A DNA stretch of 64,000 nt. Source: Mizuhopecten yessoensis (Eukaryota). Each line of letters opens with the position of its first letter. The stretch's first letter is position 1. The notes under the pieces are model-generated. The model ran no database searches, was not told the origin of the DNA, and was given only the letters and a program-made list of their open reading frames with translations. The stretch covers positions 76,987 through 140,986 of the forward strand of contig NW_018403610.1 in assembly GCF_002113885.1 (NCBI RefSeq). The letters are read 5' to 3'. Of the stretch, positions 1 to 13,607 are shown one piece after another. Position numbers and translations under genes: made by a program.

Positions 1-1766
1 TGTCACCGTAACAAAGATACACGACAGTATACCTTTGTTATTAATGTGACAAAGAAACATTACAGTATACCTTTGTTGTCAGTGTGACAAAGAAACGCAA
101 AAGTATATCTTTGTTGTCAATATGACAAAGAAACACTACAGTATACCTTTGTTATTAATGTGACAAAGAAACATTACAGTATACCTTTGTTGTCAGTGTG
201 ACAAAGATACACGACAGTATACCTTTGTTGTCAACGTGACAAAAAACCACGACAGTATATCTTTGTTATCAATGTGACAAAGAAACACAAAAGTATGTCT
301 TTGTTGTCAATGTGTCAAAGAAACACTACAGTACACCTTTGTTGTCAACGTGACAAAAAAATGCAACAGTATATCTTTGTTGCCAACGTGACAAAAAACA
401 CGACAAGATAACTTTGTTGTCAATGTGAAAAAGAAAAAATACAATATGTCTTTGTTGTCAATGTGACAAAGGAACACTACAGTATATCTTTGTTATCAAT
501 GTGACAAAGAAACACAAAAGTATGTCTTTGTTGTCAATGTGTCAAAGAAACACTACAGTACACCTTTGTTATCAATGTGACAAAGAAACACTGCAGTATA
601 TATTTGTTGTCAACGTGACAAAGAAACGCAAAAGTATATCTTTGTTATCAATGTGACAAAAAAACACTACAGTATACCTTTGTTGTCAATGTGACAAGAA
701 ACGCTACAGTATACCTTTGTTTTCAATGTGACAAAGACACACTACAGTATACCTTTGTTGTCAATGTGACAAAGAAACGCAAAAGTATATCTTTGTTGTC
801 AATGTGACAAAGAAACACTACAGTATATATTTGTTGTCAACGTGACAAAGAAACGCAAAAGTATATCTTTGTTGTCAATGTGTCAAAGAAACACTACAGT
901 ACACCTTTGTTATCAATGTGACAAAGATACACGACAGCATACCTTTGTTATCAATGTGACAAAGAAACACTACAGTATATCTTTGTTATTAATGTGACAA
1001 AGAAACACTACAGTATACCTTTGTTATTAATGTGACAAAGAAACATTACAGTATACCTTTGTTGTCAGTGTGACAAAGATACACGACAGTATACCTTTGT
1101 TGTCAACGTGACAAAAAACCACGACAGTATATCTTTGTTATCAATGTGACAAAGAAACACTACAGTATACCTTTGTTGTCAATTTGACAAAGATACACGA
1201 CAGTATACCTTTGTTATTAATGTGACAAAGAAAAACTACAGTATACCTTTGTTGTCACCGTAACAAAGATACACGACAGTATACCTTTGTTATTAATGTG
1301 TCAAAGAAACATTACAGTATACCTTTGTTATCAATGTAACAAAGAAACACTAAAGTATACCTTTGTTGTCAATGTGACAAAGATACACAACAGTATACCT
1401 TTGTTATTAATGTGACAAAGAAACACTACAGTATACCTTTTTTGTCACGTTGACAACAAAGGTATACTGTGGTGTATCTTTGTCACAATGATAACAAAGG
1501 TATACTTTAGTGTTTCTTTGTTACATTGATAACAAAGGTATACTTTGTTGTCAATGTGACAAAGATACACAGCAGTATACCTTTGTTGTCAACGTGACAA
1601 AGAACCACGACAGTATATCTTTGTTATTAATGTGACAAAAAAACACTACAGTATATCTTTGTTATTAATGTGTCAAAGAAACACTACGGTGGACCTTTGT
1701 TGTCAATGTGTCAAAGAAACACTACAGTAGACCTTTGTTATTAATGTGACAAAGAAACACTACAGT
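1..1766. repeat. 38-bp minisatellite (aatgtgacaaagaaacactacagtatacctttgttgtc), ~46 copies, runs off the left edge; contains an inverted block at ~1438-1543
   Basis: Period measured directly (monomer starts at 43 and 81). The monomer is partly self-complementary (tgacaaag...ctttgttgtca). Confidence 0.97.
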
Positions 1767-1859
1767 TGTCGATATATATAAACAGGATGATACAGAAAGA
1801 TGTGGGAAAAATCAGAAATGCAGACGAAACGAGATTAAAGCAATAAAAAAAACATTTTC

Positions 1860-2740
1860 CAAGTCAGACGTAATTAATTCGTCCATCAAAAAATATCGTC
1901 TGCAAGATCAAATAATCATAAGTTGAAACGTAATATTCTTGAATTTTCTTGGAGACCCGTGTAATGAAATATTTCGGATTTTAATAATGATGACAATGGA
2001 GAATGTTAGATTGAAACAAATTGAAATTTTAACCCACCTAAAGGTAAGAAATATATGTTGGAGGATTCAATTTTAAGGATAAACAAATCCACACTTAATA
2101 GTTCACAGAGTGACAATCGACATTTTAAAAGTTATCTGTCTGCTTGTAAAATGATCTTTCTATTGTAATTAGAGAGGCTGACGAATGCGGTGCGGTTGTG
2201 ATAATGAACACTGATTTTATTGTAAAAAGACTGAATAACACATTGTATATGATGAGAATGATTTTGAAGTTGGTGATAACAGCACAATGCCGATACCATA
2301 ACGCGTACAATGATTAATAGCCGAGTTAAAACACGAGGACGGATAAGCTGATGAAGAACAGCGTTTACATACAGCACTGATTGTTTTATCACTGAATAAA
2401 AATGCATAAGAGTAACATTGTAAGCATGGAAATTCGGTTTATATTGAAGTTGAGGATCCTTAGGATCTGATAGGGAGACCTATTGTCGGAGTTCCCTATT
2501 ATAGCAAACAGCTACTCAGTCATGTAATGGATATTTCTATAAAACCACTTAGTCAATCTATCATAAGTTACATTAGAAACGGTTTTGATTTCTGTTAAAT
2601 CCACTGAAGTACGATTAGCCTAGTTCTAACTTTGTAACATTCGACGTTTTATGTTTGTACCAATATATCTCTTGAACTTGGATAAGAAGCCATAAAGTAT
2701 CAACAAAAGACACATCCCATTAGAAGAGCTTTGCGTTTAA
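1860..2740 (+). mobile_element. Decayed Penelope-like retroelement, N-terminal part of reverse transcriptase (stops and frameshifts)
   Basis: Hand translation gives, in the expected order: FNPPKG (~2030); NDLSIVIREADECGAVVIMN (2150-2210, cf. IVIKxADKGGAVV); DLIGRPIVG...LSHVMDISIKPL...SYIR (2465-2580); FVTFDVLCLY (~2630-2660, cf. LVTxDVxSLYTNIP). Confidence 0.8.
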
Positions 2741-3483
2741 GTAATGTTTTTTTCTAGAATATATTGATATTGTATGTAGTCTTAGCTGAAATGTATTTCG
2801 ACGGTGTATTTTCCCGTCAAAATAAAAGGCCACTACGAAAGCCAGGCTAGAGTTAAAGTAATACATGTATAAGAAACATTGTTCGATACTATTTGATGAA
2901 GCATGGCAGCAGTTAACGTGATTTGATAAAATAAACCACGCACACACACACGCACACAAACTTTTTTACGTTTTTCTAGATGTTGTTTGCATCCTTAAAA
3001 TGCTATGATATGGAATATGGAAGCAAATAAATCTTACCATTTTTGGATATATTTGTCATATTACATGTATAAGACAATAATGTTTCAACTGATCTGAATG
3101 AAAATTCTACGTATTTTCATAATAAGGTAGTTTTATTAAACGAGTTGACTAGCCGTTATTTTTGTGTGTGATACGTTTACCTGCAAATAACGCACACCAT
3201 AGAATATGTCCGTTGCCAATTGCGTTCATACTACCGTATACGCCGTCAAGATGAAGGTCAATCCTTAAATAAGTCACATTTTTTGAGAGAAAACATTCAA
3301 TATATGTCGTAGCATGGCTAACATCCTCTCTTATGCATATGTTTAACATGTAGGCTGAACTCTAGCTTCAATTAGACAGCTAGATGTAGAAATGAATGTA
3401 TCATTGTTTAGGAAGCTATACATTCAATGAACTTAATACCTATGTTGAAGTTATTTTTTGAAACCTACCAAAGCGATGGACTG

Positions 3484-5085
3484 GTGTGGTTGTTGATGTC
3501 TCTAGATCTATCCATGCTAGGGACAGGATGATGTTGTGATGTCTCTAGATCTATCCATGCTAGGGACAGGATGAAATTGCGATGTCTCTAGATCTATCAA
3601 TGCTAGGGACAGGATGGTGTTGTGATGTCTTTATATCTATCAATGCTAGGGACAGGATGATGTTGCGATGTCTTTATATATATCAATGCCAGGGACAGGA
3701 TGATGTTGTGATGTCTCTAGATCTATAAATGCTAGGTACAGAATGGTGTTGTGATATCGCTAGATCTATCAATGCTAGGGACAGGATGGTGTTGTGATGT
3801 CTCTAGATCTATCAATGCCGGGGACAGGATGATGTTGTGATGTCTCTAGATCTATAAATGCTAGGTACAGAATGGTGTTGTGATATCCCTAGATCTATCA
3901 ATGCTAGGGACAGGATGATGTTGTGATGTCTCTAGATATATCCATGCTAGGGACAGGATGATGTTGTGATGTCTCTAGATCTATCAATGCTAGGGACAGG
4001 ATGATGTTGTGATGTCTCTAGATCTATCCATGCTAGGGACAGGATGATGTTGTGATGTCTCTAGATCTATCAATGCTAGGGACAGGATGATGTTGTGATG
4101 TCTCTAGATATATCCATGCTAGGGACAGGATGGTGTTGTGATGTCTCTAGATCTATCAATGCTAGGGACAGGATGGTGTTGCGATGTCTTTATATCTATC
4201 AATGCTAGGGACAGGATGATTTTGATGTCTCTAGACATATCAATGCTAGGGACAGGATGGTGTTGTGATGTCTCTAGATCTATCAATGCGAGGGACAGGA
4301 TGGTGTTGTGATGTCTTTATATCTATCAATGCTAGGGACAGGATGGTGTTGTGATGTCTCTAGATCTATCAATGCTAGGGACAGGATGGTGTTGCGATGT
4401 CTTTATATCTATCAATGCTAGGGACAGGATGATTTTGATGTCTCTAGACATATCAATGCTAGGGACAGGATGGTGTTGCGATGTCTTTATATCTATGAAT
4501 GCTAGGGACAGGATGATTTTGATGTCTCTAGACATATCAATGCTAGGGACAGGATGATGTTGTGATGTCTCTAGATCTATCAATGCCGGGGACAGGATGA
4601 TGTTGTGATGTCTCTTGACATAGCAATGCTAGGGACAGGATGATGTTGTGATGTCTCTAGACATATCAATACCAGGGACAGGATGATGTTGTGATGTCTC
4701 TAGATCTATCAATGCTAGGGACAAGATGATGTTGTGATGTCTCTAGACATATCAATTCCAGGGACAGGATGGTGTTGTGGTGTCTCTAGATCTATCAATA
4801 CCAGGGACAGGATGATGTTGTGATGTCTCTAGACATATCAATACTAGGGACAAGATGATGTTGTGATGTCTCTAGACATATCAATGCTAGGGACAGGATG
4901 GTGTTGTGATGTCTCTAGATCTATCAATACCAGGGACAGGATGATGTTGTGATGTCTCTAGATCTATCAATGCTAGGGACAGGATGATGTTGTGATGTCT
5001 CTAGACATATCAATGCTAGGGACAGGATTGTGTTGTGATGTCTCTAGATCTATCAATGCTAGGGACAGGATGATGTTGTGATGTT
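3484..5085. repeat. 43-bp minisatellite (gatgtctctagatctatcaatgctagggacaggatgatgttgt), ~37 copies, with local 42/43-bp dimers
   Basis: Monomer starts at 3495 and 3538. ORFs 4332-4583 and 4351-4557 are repeat translations. Confidence 0.97.
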
Positions 5086-5092
5086 TCTTTAT

Positions 5093-5200
5093 TTAAAACA
5101 TAGCGATGATGTCACAAATGTCCAATAAATTACATGAACTGTCCAATAAGTTACCCATCTGTCTTATAAGTGCTTTACTTATTGGACAGTTGTGACAGCA
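5093..5200. mobile_element. Terminal fragment related to the element at 42.2-43.45 kb, in opposite orientation; contains a 15-bp perfect inverted repeat
   Basis: ttaaaacatagcgatgatgtca resembles the reverse complement of 43429-43450 (ttaaaacctagctgtgatgtca). It shares the words actgtccaataag and ctgtcttataagtg with 43308-43334. The inverted repeat aactgtccaataagt is at 5137-5151 / 5177-5191. Confidence 0.55.
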
Positions 5201-5562
5201 GATCCTAGAAAAGAGATGGGCGGAGCTAAATTTGAGTAATTTAACGAAATATATTCATGGAATTCAACACATTCAAAAGTCAGCAGTTAGAGTACTGTGC
5301 CATTAAAATCAAAATTTCACAGCTATCCTCTTGTGTTATTTCTCCTTATTCAGAAAGGTCTGGTAAAATGTTGCTTTAATCGTAAAATTCGGCCAAATTC
5401 GGCTGGGTATTTATAAATGCATTGTACGGGGAAATGGCTGCGTACGATCGTTGTCCTGGTGACCTCGCGTGTTCATTTTGACGAGGAATCGTATCTGACA
5501 GATCATTAGAGGCGGACAAATCCGAAGTGACAACACTAAGGTAGAGTTCAAATTGTAAATGT

Positions 5563-6050
5563 GTAGTGGTAAGGACGGAGTGTTCCGCGTTTCCCGGTCT
5601 ACGTGTTGTGTAATGGTATTGTGGTAAGGTAGGAGTGTCTACTAGTTTCCCGGTCTACGTGTTGTGTAATGGTATTGTGGTAAGGACGGTGTGCCTACTA
5701 ATTTCCCGGTCTACGTGTTGTGTAATGGTATTGTGGTAAGGACGGAGTGCCGCGCTTTTCCCGGTCTACGTGTTGTGTAATTGTGGTAAGGACGGAGTAC
5801 CTACATTGTACTAGTTTCCCGGTCTACGTGTTGTGTAATGGTATTGTGGTAAGGACGGAGTGCCGCGCTTTTCCCGGTCTACGTGTTGTGTAATGGTATT
5901 GTGGTAAGGACGGAGTGCCTACTATGTAGTTTCCCGGTCTACGTGTTGTGTAATGGTATTGTGGTAAGGACGGAGTGCCTCCGAGTGTCCCGGTCTGCAT
6001 GTTTTGAAATGGAGGTTTGTTAAGGATGGAGTGCCCTCGAGTTACCTTAA
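5563..6050. repeat. ~55-60-bp minisatellite, ~8-9 copies, with a constant block and a short variable segment
   Basis: Constant ttcccggtctacgtgttgtgtaatggtattgtggtaaggacggagtg separated by 8-16 variable nt; starts at 5566, 5621, 5677. Confidence 0.93.
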
Positions 6051-8000
6051 CAACTCGTTAAGTTTAAGTGTTTTGTAATGGTGTAAAGTTGAGAGACAGT
6101 GCCTCAGAATGTCTTGGTTTACATATTTTGGTAAATACCTGATAGCAACTTAAAAATGACGAATCCATTGAAAGACCACGACCTCTGATACATAGACAAA
6201 AAATTGTCAATGTGAATAATTTCTATAAATATATCATATACATGTAATAACTGTTTCAAAAAACAAACGATCGATGCTTAAATTATGTGACAGCAGTATA
6301 CACTACATCCGCTACGGTTGTCAGAAACTGCTGGAATACGAGCATCTCACCGTAATAACGTGTCCACATGCAAACCCCACATATACCCAAACATGAGTAC
6401 ATGTAGCCATACAAACGAGCTTCAACTCTTATCGATGTCAGTTGAAGCACGTTCTGTGCGTTCAACAGCGAGTGAAAATTCCGGTCGTACCCCACAGCGC
6501 AGCAATACAAAGCAGTCGGATGAAAACAATATAAGGAGTATAATTAAGATCACTCTGGATTTCTCCTTTTCTGTCTCTGATCATTCTAGACACGTCACAT
6601 CGCTTTTCACCCTGTGTTGATATTCAGGGGATTCTCTTCAGTCAATGTCTAATGTACAATTCCTACCCAATACATGCTCTGAATAAGGAAATATCAGCTG
6701 TAAATCGTTTGTATTAAGTACAAAATATATTTATCTAACTTGATGTTTGGCGTGTAAGGATTTTGGAATAATACGTGTTCATGAAAAATAAATCATGTAC
6801 ACATAAATGTTACTTGATTATATATTTTTTAATAAATGGGGATACATGATACTTCATTTGTACAGTAAACACACAGGAACACATGTGTCTGTCACGACTT
6901 ATGATATTGGCTGTGTAAGGAAGCTAACAGGTGTCATTTGGTTGATTAAATGTTTGCTTAAACCGCGAGTCCACATTGTTTGTACTCTGGTTTTTACCTT
7001 TTATATCTGAATTCGATTTCCATGGCGGCAATATTAAAAGGCATGCCGTAATCATTTTGAAACTTTAAAAATATTTATCATGTTTCCATTTTTTTCCAAA
7101 CGTGAGTAAGAGTAGAAGTGTTATGACAAGAACATATCCTTGTTTTGGTAAACACTTTCTGCGTCTGTATTTGCCAGTTTTAGAGAGAAAAAAATCTGTA
7201 GAGAAATAACTGGCGTGAAGCATATGAAGAATGGTGTTTTAGCAAATGTTATTTCTGATAACGATGGGACTCAAAAGTTCTCCTAAAATCTTCAAAAGTT
7301 GTAAAATTCGTATTTCAGCTAGGGTTACGTGAATGTAAAGTACATGTAGGACAATATATGTGACGTACGTTGTTTACTGCAGTAAGTATACTGGTAATGA
7401 AGAGGAACTTGCAGTAAGCCCTTATTTGTAGGACTTTTGTGCATTATAAGAATCCAAAACCGACAAAGTTCTTTTGCATCATTAGGTGTACCAAGTGATC
7501 AAGTGTACCAAGATGTGTGATTTATCAATATCCCGTGTAGAAACTGTTGATAGGGTTTAAGTAGGATGACCAAAATTTTCTTTAAAAACCGAGCTGTTTA
7601 TGTATGCAGTTTAAGTAACAGTCAAACAAGTATGGTTAGAAGTAAAGTTATCATCATTAATTACAAATACAGACTTCTATTGACATAACAAATCTTCCGT
7701 AATTTAGTTATTTGAATCTGTATAAGATGCCTAATAGATTTAATCCAATCAACATCAGCCTGGGGTTCTTATGAATTTTTCAATTTTCTAGCGTATTCTT
7801 AGACATTATCCCGGAGCATAAGGATATTAGCTTCCAAATGATGGATGGTGAACTTCGATATGTTGGACCTTTGGCAAGTAATCCTCGATTTGTATTATCA
7901 ACAATTCTGAGATCATCTGTGATGACATGACAGATGAGACTGTTCTATATTGTACTATCGGCCTAGGTGGCGTATGTAAAAGGGTAAGAAAATGCCAAAG

Positions 8001-8709
8001 GACCGAGCCGAGAGTATCCACACGTAAGGCGACGCTCTGACCGGGCCGAGAGTATCCACACGTAAGGCGACGCTCTGACCGAGCCGAGAGTATCCACACG
8101 TAAGGCGACGCTCTGACCGGGCCGAGAGTATCCACACGTAAGGCGACGCTCTGACCGGGCCGAGAGTATCCACACGTAAGGCGACGCTCTGACCGGGCCG
8201 AGAGTATCCACACGTAAGGCGACGCTCTGACCGGGCCGAGAGTATCCACACGTAAGGCGACGCTCTGACCGGGCCGAGAGTATCCACACGTAAGGCGACG
8301 CTCTGACCGGGCCGAGAGTATCCACACGTAAGGCGACGCTCTGACCGGGCCGAGAGTATCCACACGTAAGGCGACGCTCTAACCGGGCCGAGAGTATCCA
8401 CACGTAAGACGACGCTCTGACCGGGTCGAGAGTAACCACACGTAAGGCGACGCTCTGACCGGGCCGAGAGTATCCACACGTAAGGCGACGCTCTGACCGG
8501 GCCGAGAGGATCCACACGTAAGGCGACGCTCTGACCGGGCGGAGAGTATCCACACGTAAGGCGACGCTCTAACCGGGCCGAGAGTATCCACAGGTAAGGC
8601 GACGCTCTGGCCGGGCCGAGAGTATCCACACGTAAGGCGACGCGCTGACCGGGCCGAGAGTATCCACACGTAAGGCGACGCTCTGACCGGGCCGATAGTA
8701 CCACACGTA
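8001..8709. repeat. GC-rich 38-bp minisatellite (gaccgggccgagagtatccacacgtaaggcgacgctct), ~18.6 near-identical copies
   Basis: Period 38 (8001, 8039). The minus-strand ORFs at 7827-8704 are repeat translations. Confidence 0.98.
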
Positions 8710-11700
8710 AATGAGCTGCATATGTACTTGGTTGCTTTTCATCCTTAATCCTGCTGAACTTGATTTGAAAAACGTGAAATTTTCATTAACTTCGATTTAA
8801 TTTTAAACTCAAACTTTTACCTTTACAACTTACTAATATACAATCGTGAAACAGTAATCAATGCAAGTTATTTACTTCAATGTAGCTACGTTTACTTTAT
8901 GGGTGTAACAGTCAGATTCGCATGTCTATTTGTTTGTGATTCCACGGATTCATACGATCGTAATGACACTGGCAACCAGGACAAAAATGACATACATATT
9001 TAACAAGTCCTGATTAATTCGATAACGTATTGTTCTTATATAGTTAAGACGAATCAATCACTGATAAGGAGGATGACACTTCATAAGAAATTCACCAAAT
9101 TTCAAAAATCTTTCTTACGAGTGGCTTTAAGCAAACACAGTCCTCTTTCAGTTCTAGTAAAAATATGTGCGTGGCATCAAAGGAGACAACGGCTAGACTC
9201 GATATTAAAATATCTTGTGAAATTCTGTAACATGAACATGTAAAGCGAGTCCATAAGGCAAGCGCAATGGACACTATCTTGTTCGTGTATTGAAGTTATT
9301 GGCAAAAAAGCGTCAGCTCTTAATCCTTCTGTACTAGAACTTCCAGCGTTCATCCTTGATGAATACAAGGAAACAATACTCGTTCGTATCAGTGACCATT
9401 TCTCCATGTGAGAGAGCACGGGAATGTCTCCTTGACGGAGTTTGTGGATTTAAAAAATCGTCAAACATGTGTGGGATGTATGGAACGCTTACCCCTCTTT
9501 AAAACCTTCTAGGTGTGAATGCATTTATTTGTACATGTAGGTACATCATGTAGGTTCATTGTAGTCGCCTTTCTTTAAGTATTTTCAATTAAAAACCACT
9601 CCTTTGCATCCGTCAATACGCAAATGGTATTTACACCAATCGTCTTTATGTTTCATTCATAAATATTTCCTGCAACATGGTGTTTTTTCTTTTCTTTCAA
9701 ATGCTTTATTTCCTTGTGAATAAATACCTCATTCTTAAGGTATAGGTTCCGATTTGGTCTGTTACATGTGCTGGTATATAATGAAAGAACAATATATTCA
9801 TATTTTTGTTTGATGATATCCGTTTCCTTACACAAAACAAAGGCTAACTACCATGCCATTCCTGAGTACGATACAGAGTCATAGTTTAATTCACTACTAC
9901 AAATTAGCTGTGTATCCTTCATTCCATGAATACTTAGACTTATCTAACATTTGCATGAGAGTCTATCAAAAAGATCTTCATGTGTCCTTGGCTTAAGTAC
10001 CTAATGGGTACCAACATGTACTTGAAACACGTTCTCTATGACGGATGCTTAACAGTAGCGTTAACTCAACGAGAGAGCTAAAGCTGAGATCGCTGCTAGA
10101 AATCCCTATCGGTAGCATTAGGACGGACCGGGCAGGCCTGAAGCGCTCACAGACACCCCAACACACAATCTGTACAAGAGCGGGCGCTACACAGAGCTGG
10201 CGTTGTGAGCGGTGCTCAGCATTAGTGGTTCTAACTTACGGATATAGATGTTTCTTGGAAAACAGTTTGCAGATTATTGTCATTCTTGTCACATATGCTG
10301 TAGACAAAGGGTGTTTGTGGGTACGTCTAGCCAGCGCTAGTGGTGTGGTAGGGCGCGTATCCAACACCTTTCCCACCGGAAGGATACTATTTACCTTAAC
10401 GTCTGAAGTAATCATACACCAGGTCTGGTAAGTTTTGTTAATTATTTATAATTTCGGATGAATTTCATCAGATTCATTGTTAATTAGTTATAGTCAATCT
10501 TATTTTGCTTGCAAATTCCATGCACAATTATTTTAAATAAGATAAATAAACAGATAAATTAGAAATTCAGTTATAAAAATTAAGTTGATAAGTATATTTT
10601 TGAAAAAAATATCGACAAACACATAAGGGTGTTTTGTTCGCTGAAATGAAATCTAGACATATATACGTCAAGTTATGACACTGTATCTCAGCATTCATGA
10701 CAAAGTATAATGGCGACTAAAGATAGACTGTTGCTTTCCTACTGTTCGCTGTTCGGCATGGTCTTTGATGCCAGTATAGCGTAGGTAGTTGATATAGAGG
10801 TTTCAGTAATATGACAGAGTCGGATCACATCATGCTGCGGCAAGCTATCACAAATCTGTACGGTGCCACCTCTCGCCACACCGGCTACCATAAATCAACT
10901 CTTTAAATGTACTCATGTATATATTATATTAGTTTCAGTATAACTTATGAAAAAACAGCAAAATGCTTTTTTTCTTTTCAAAACAAACATTGATTTAAAA
11001 AATCGCTATTCCTTTAAGCTTTTCTTTGTGATGCATAACCAATCATTTTGATTAGCATCTTGAATCGGAATGTCTGTTGCATTTGTCAGCAAGCCATTTT
11101 CAACAGTCTGAAAAAGAGTTCTCTTTCAATATCAGAAATTGAGAGGCAATCATTTTTTGGAATTATCTGATGTTTAAAGTTGAGGACGTTCGTGACGCGA
11201 GCGTGAATTTTCCTTCTGAACGCTTTAAGAGAAAAAGAGCAATTTCGTACAAATCGGCGAGTACCTAGCCAGTTTCATTTTTTTATGGATCTGATGCTAG
11301 TGTTAAATATATGGTAACCATTTGTGTCGGTAACAGGCAGGTAGTCATCAAATAAATCTATACAAAATCGGCAATTAACATGCAACAATTACCGGCGTTT
11401 GCGGTAATTTTTAATCACCAGCCCTGCAGTCACAGATAGAAGATCTGATTACGAAGGTCGTCATGATTGCTTTGGCTCCGCTCACCATTAATATACAATC
11501 AGTTTTTAAATCCTTTTACACAATCGTATATATAACTGTGCGCGAAGTCAATAGTATGATATTTATTATTCAGCCAGTCCCCGTTGATATTTTTATCGTT
11601 TTCATGTACATGTAATTGTAAAAAGTCAAGCAATTGCCTAACACATCTATGGTAGAAATGATGTAAATTCAATTACTAAATTGCTTTCAAAATTGCATGT

Positions 11701-13607
11701 GAATGATTTAAGAGTGAATCTTATGACTGTTCTGGTTTGTAATCTTGATGCCTCATGTATGACACGAACGTGTCATTTGTATGGTCTCTGCACTGATATT
11801 ACATCATCGTCTATATTCATAGATTTAATGATAAGATTGAAATAATACAACCAACACGTGTTTTTTTTAATCTTAAATAAAATACCCAAATACTAGTATT
11901 TTCATAATCGAAAACAGCGTATTACTCTCATATCAATGAAAGTTGAAAGCAGCAACTATTCGAAATCAATATTAAAATGTAAAATATGAATTGTATTTCG
12001 AAATTGAATAATTCATTTACATTTTATTAAAGAATCCTGGCTATGTTTGCATGCCTGCAAATGTTTAGTTTGCATTTTCAAATTTTGTTTAAATCAAAGT
12101 ATTTCGAATTTAAATGTCCATTGCGGCTTTATCCTGCGCTAATAGCTTGGTTGTGTGTACACAGCCGACGTAACTATGGCTTTACCGAGCGCATCTTTCA
12201 CTCAAACATTACCATTACAACCAAAACGAGGCGCATCATCGACCAGCACACATTTTGGTATGATATTTCGCTTTGAGAAACCCCTATACATCTGCCGCTA
12301 TGGCCAAAATTAAATGTGAAGAACTTGTCCAATATGCTTTGCTTTTTGCCGTATAAAAAGGCATAATATTAAAGTTTTTTAGTCTTGCTCAAAGTAAAAT
12401 AATACAGACTAGGTAGTAATTATGACGATATCGCCCATGCTTTCGTAAGAAGAACCCGACACATGCCATACTTTTTACTTCGTATAACGGACCTATTTAA
12501 TTATAACAGAGCGTCAATTTTGATCTTTCAATTTAGACACATTAGATACTTGTACAATTTCAGTGTAAACCAATTAGTGTGATATTTGTTGAGAATAGGC
12601 AGTAACTACTAAGGATATATCGATTTGTAGACAATAGGCGTGATTGTACGCTATCAGATAATGGCTTTACAATTGTTTGATGTATTGTGTTATAAAAGCG
12701 AAGTTGCTTGTTTTCCAGCACGATAACTATGAACTGACATCTTACCGTAATATTATAGCATTTCTACTGATTCACATCTTGATCACGTGATGGTATACCA
12801 TCACAGATCGCAAATACATGATAAATAGGTTTTAGTCTAGCTGTTTCGTCTACAAACAATTATTGTCATATTTAAAACTTGATATGACAGGGAATATAAA
12901 ACCGTACTCGGTTGACGTCGGCAGTCGCCGTATTAGTGTGCGCTTCTATCTTGTCAGAAGAATACACTTTCCAATGATTACTCCTGTAAATTCAATGAAG
13001 TGTGGTAAATTTGGCTGGGATCGAAGGATGACCGCAGCCACTATAAACTGCGCCCTGTTGACGAGTGGGAACTATATTCAGTCCAATTTCGCGGAAGAGT
13101 AAACCTCTAATAACCACTTCACAACTTGGGTGTCTTGATTAACGACAGCAGCAAGTCGCTGAAACTTTGTCCGAGAGTATTTGCTGTACTTTTCTTGTCA
13201 ACATCGTAGACCCTAGTCTGACGCTTCATTTAATCAAAGGACAACAGCACAACTTGAATGTATTATTTAAAGAGGCAATCCGACAATAAAACCCGTACCT
13301 TAGTCCTAATGTCGAATGGTAAGTGAATTAGTGTCTATAATGGCCGCCATTTTCCTCACTAAACCTTGACCTAGACCAACTTTATGTACATTGTAATTAG
13401 GTGAGCTGACATTTAAGTTCGTTCGTTTGTTTCTCTTTAACGACGTTTCTCTAAACAAATAAATAACGAAGTTAACGATATCTTTATAAGGTCCTGATGC
13501 TTTTTGATCGAATAATTCAAATGATTATTTCGTGCTTTTGTCGAATCCATCTGTTGGCGACTCAAGATTCTGGTAATTCCTCGTTACTGATGGCTTAATT
13601 TTACGTT

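Noticed and set aside
5563-6050. CRISPR array
   Set aside because: The variable parts are only 8-16 nt, related to each other and sometimes identical. There are no cas genes and the context is eukaryotic.
7790-7995. Another Penelope-like N-terminal fragment (DISF...DGELRYVGP...NNSEIICD)
   Set aside because: The resemblance needs several frameshifts and is too weak to call without a search.
10445-10500. Hammerhead ribozyme on the minus strand (CTGATGA...GAAA)
   Set aside because: Stem II cannot close and no matching NUH/stem III is present. The CTGATGA in the 65-bp satellite has no GAAA partner.
11380-11430. hAT-like terminus (...ccagccctg)
   Set aside because: No matching opposite TIR or TSD found. 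The mariner-like start tacaaggtgagtcc at ~14279 likewise lacks a partner.
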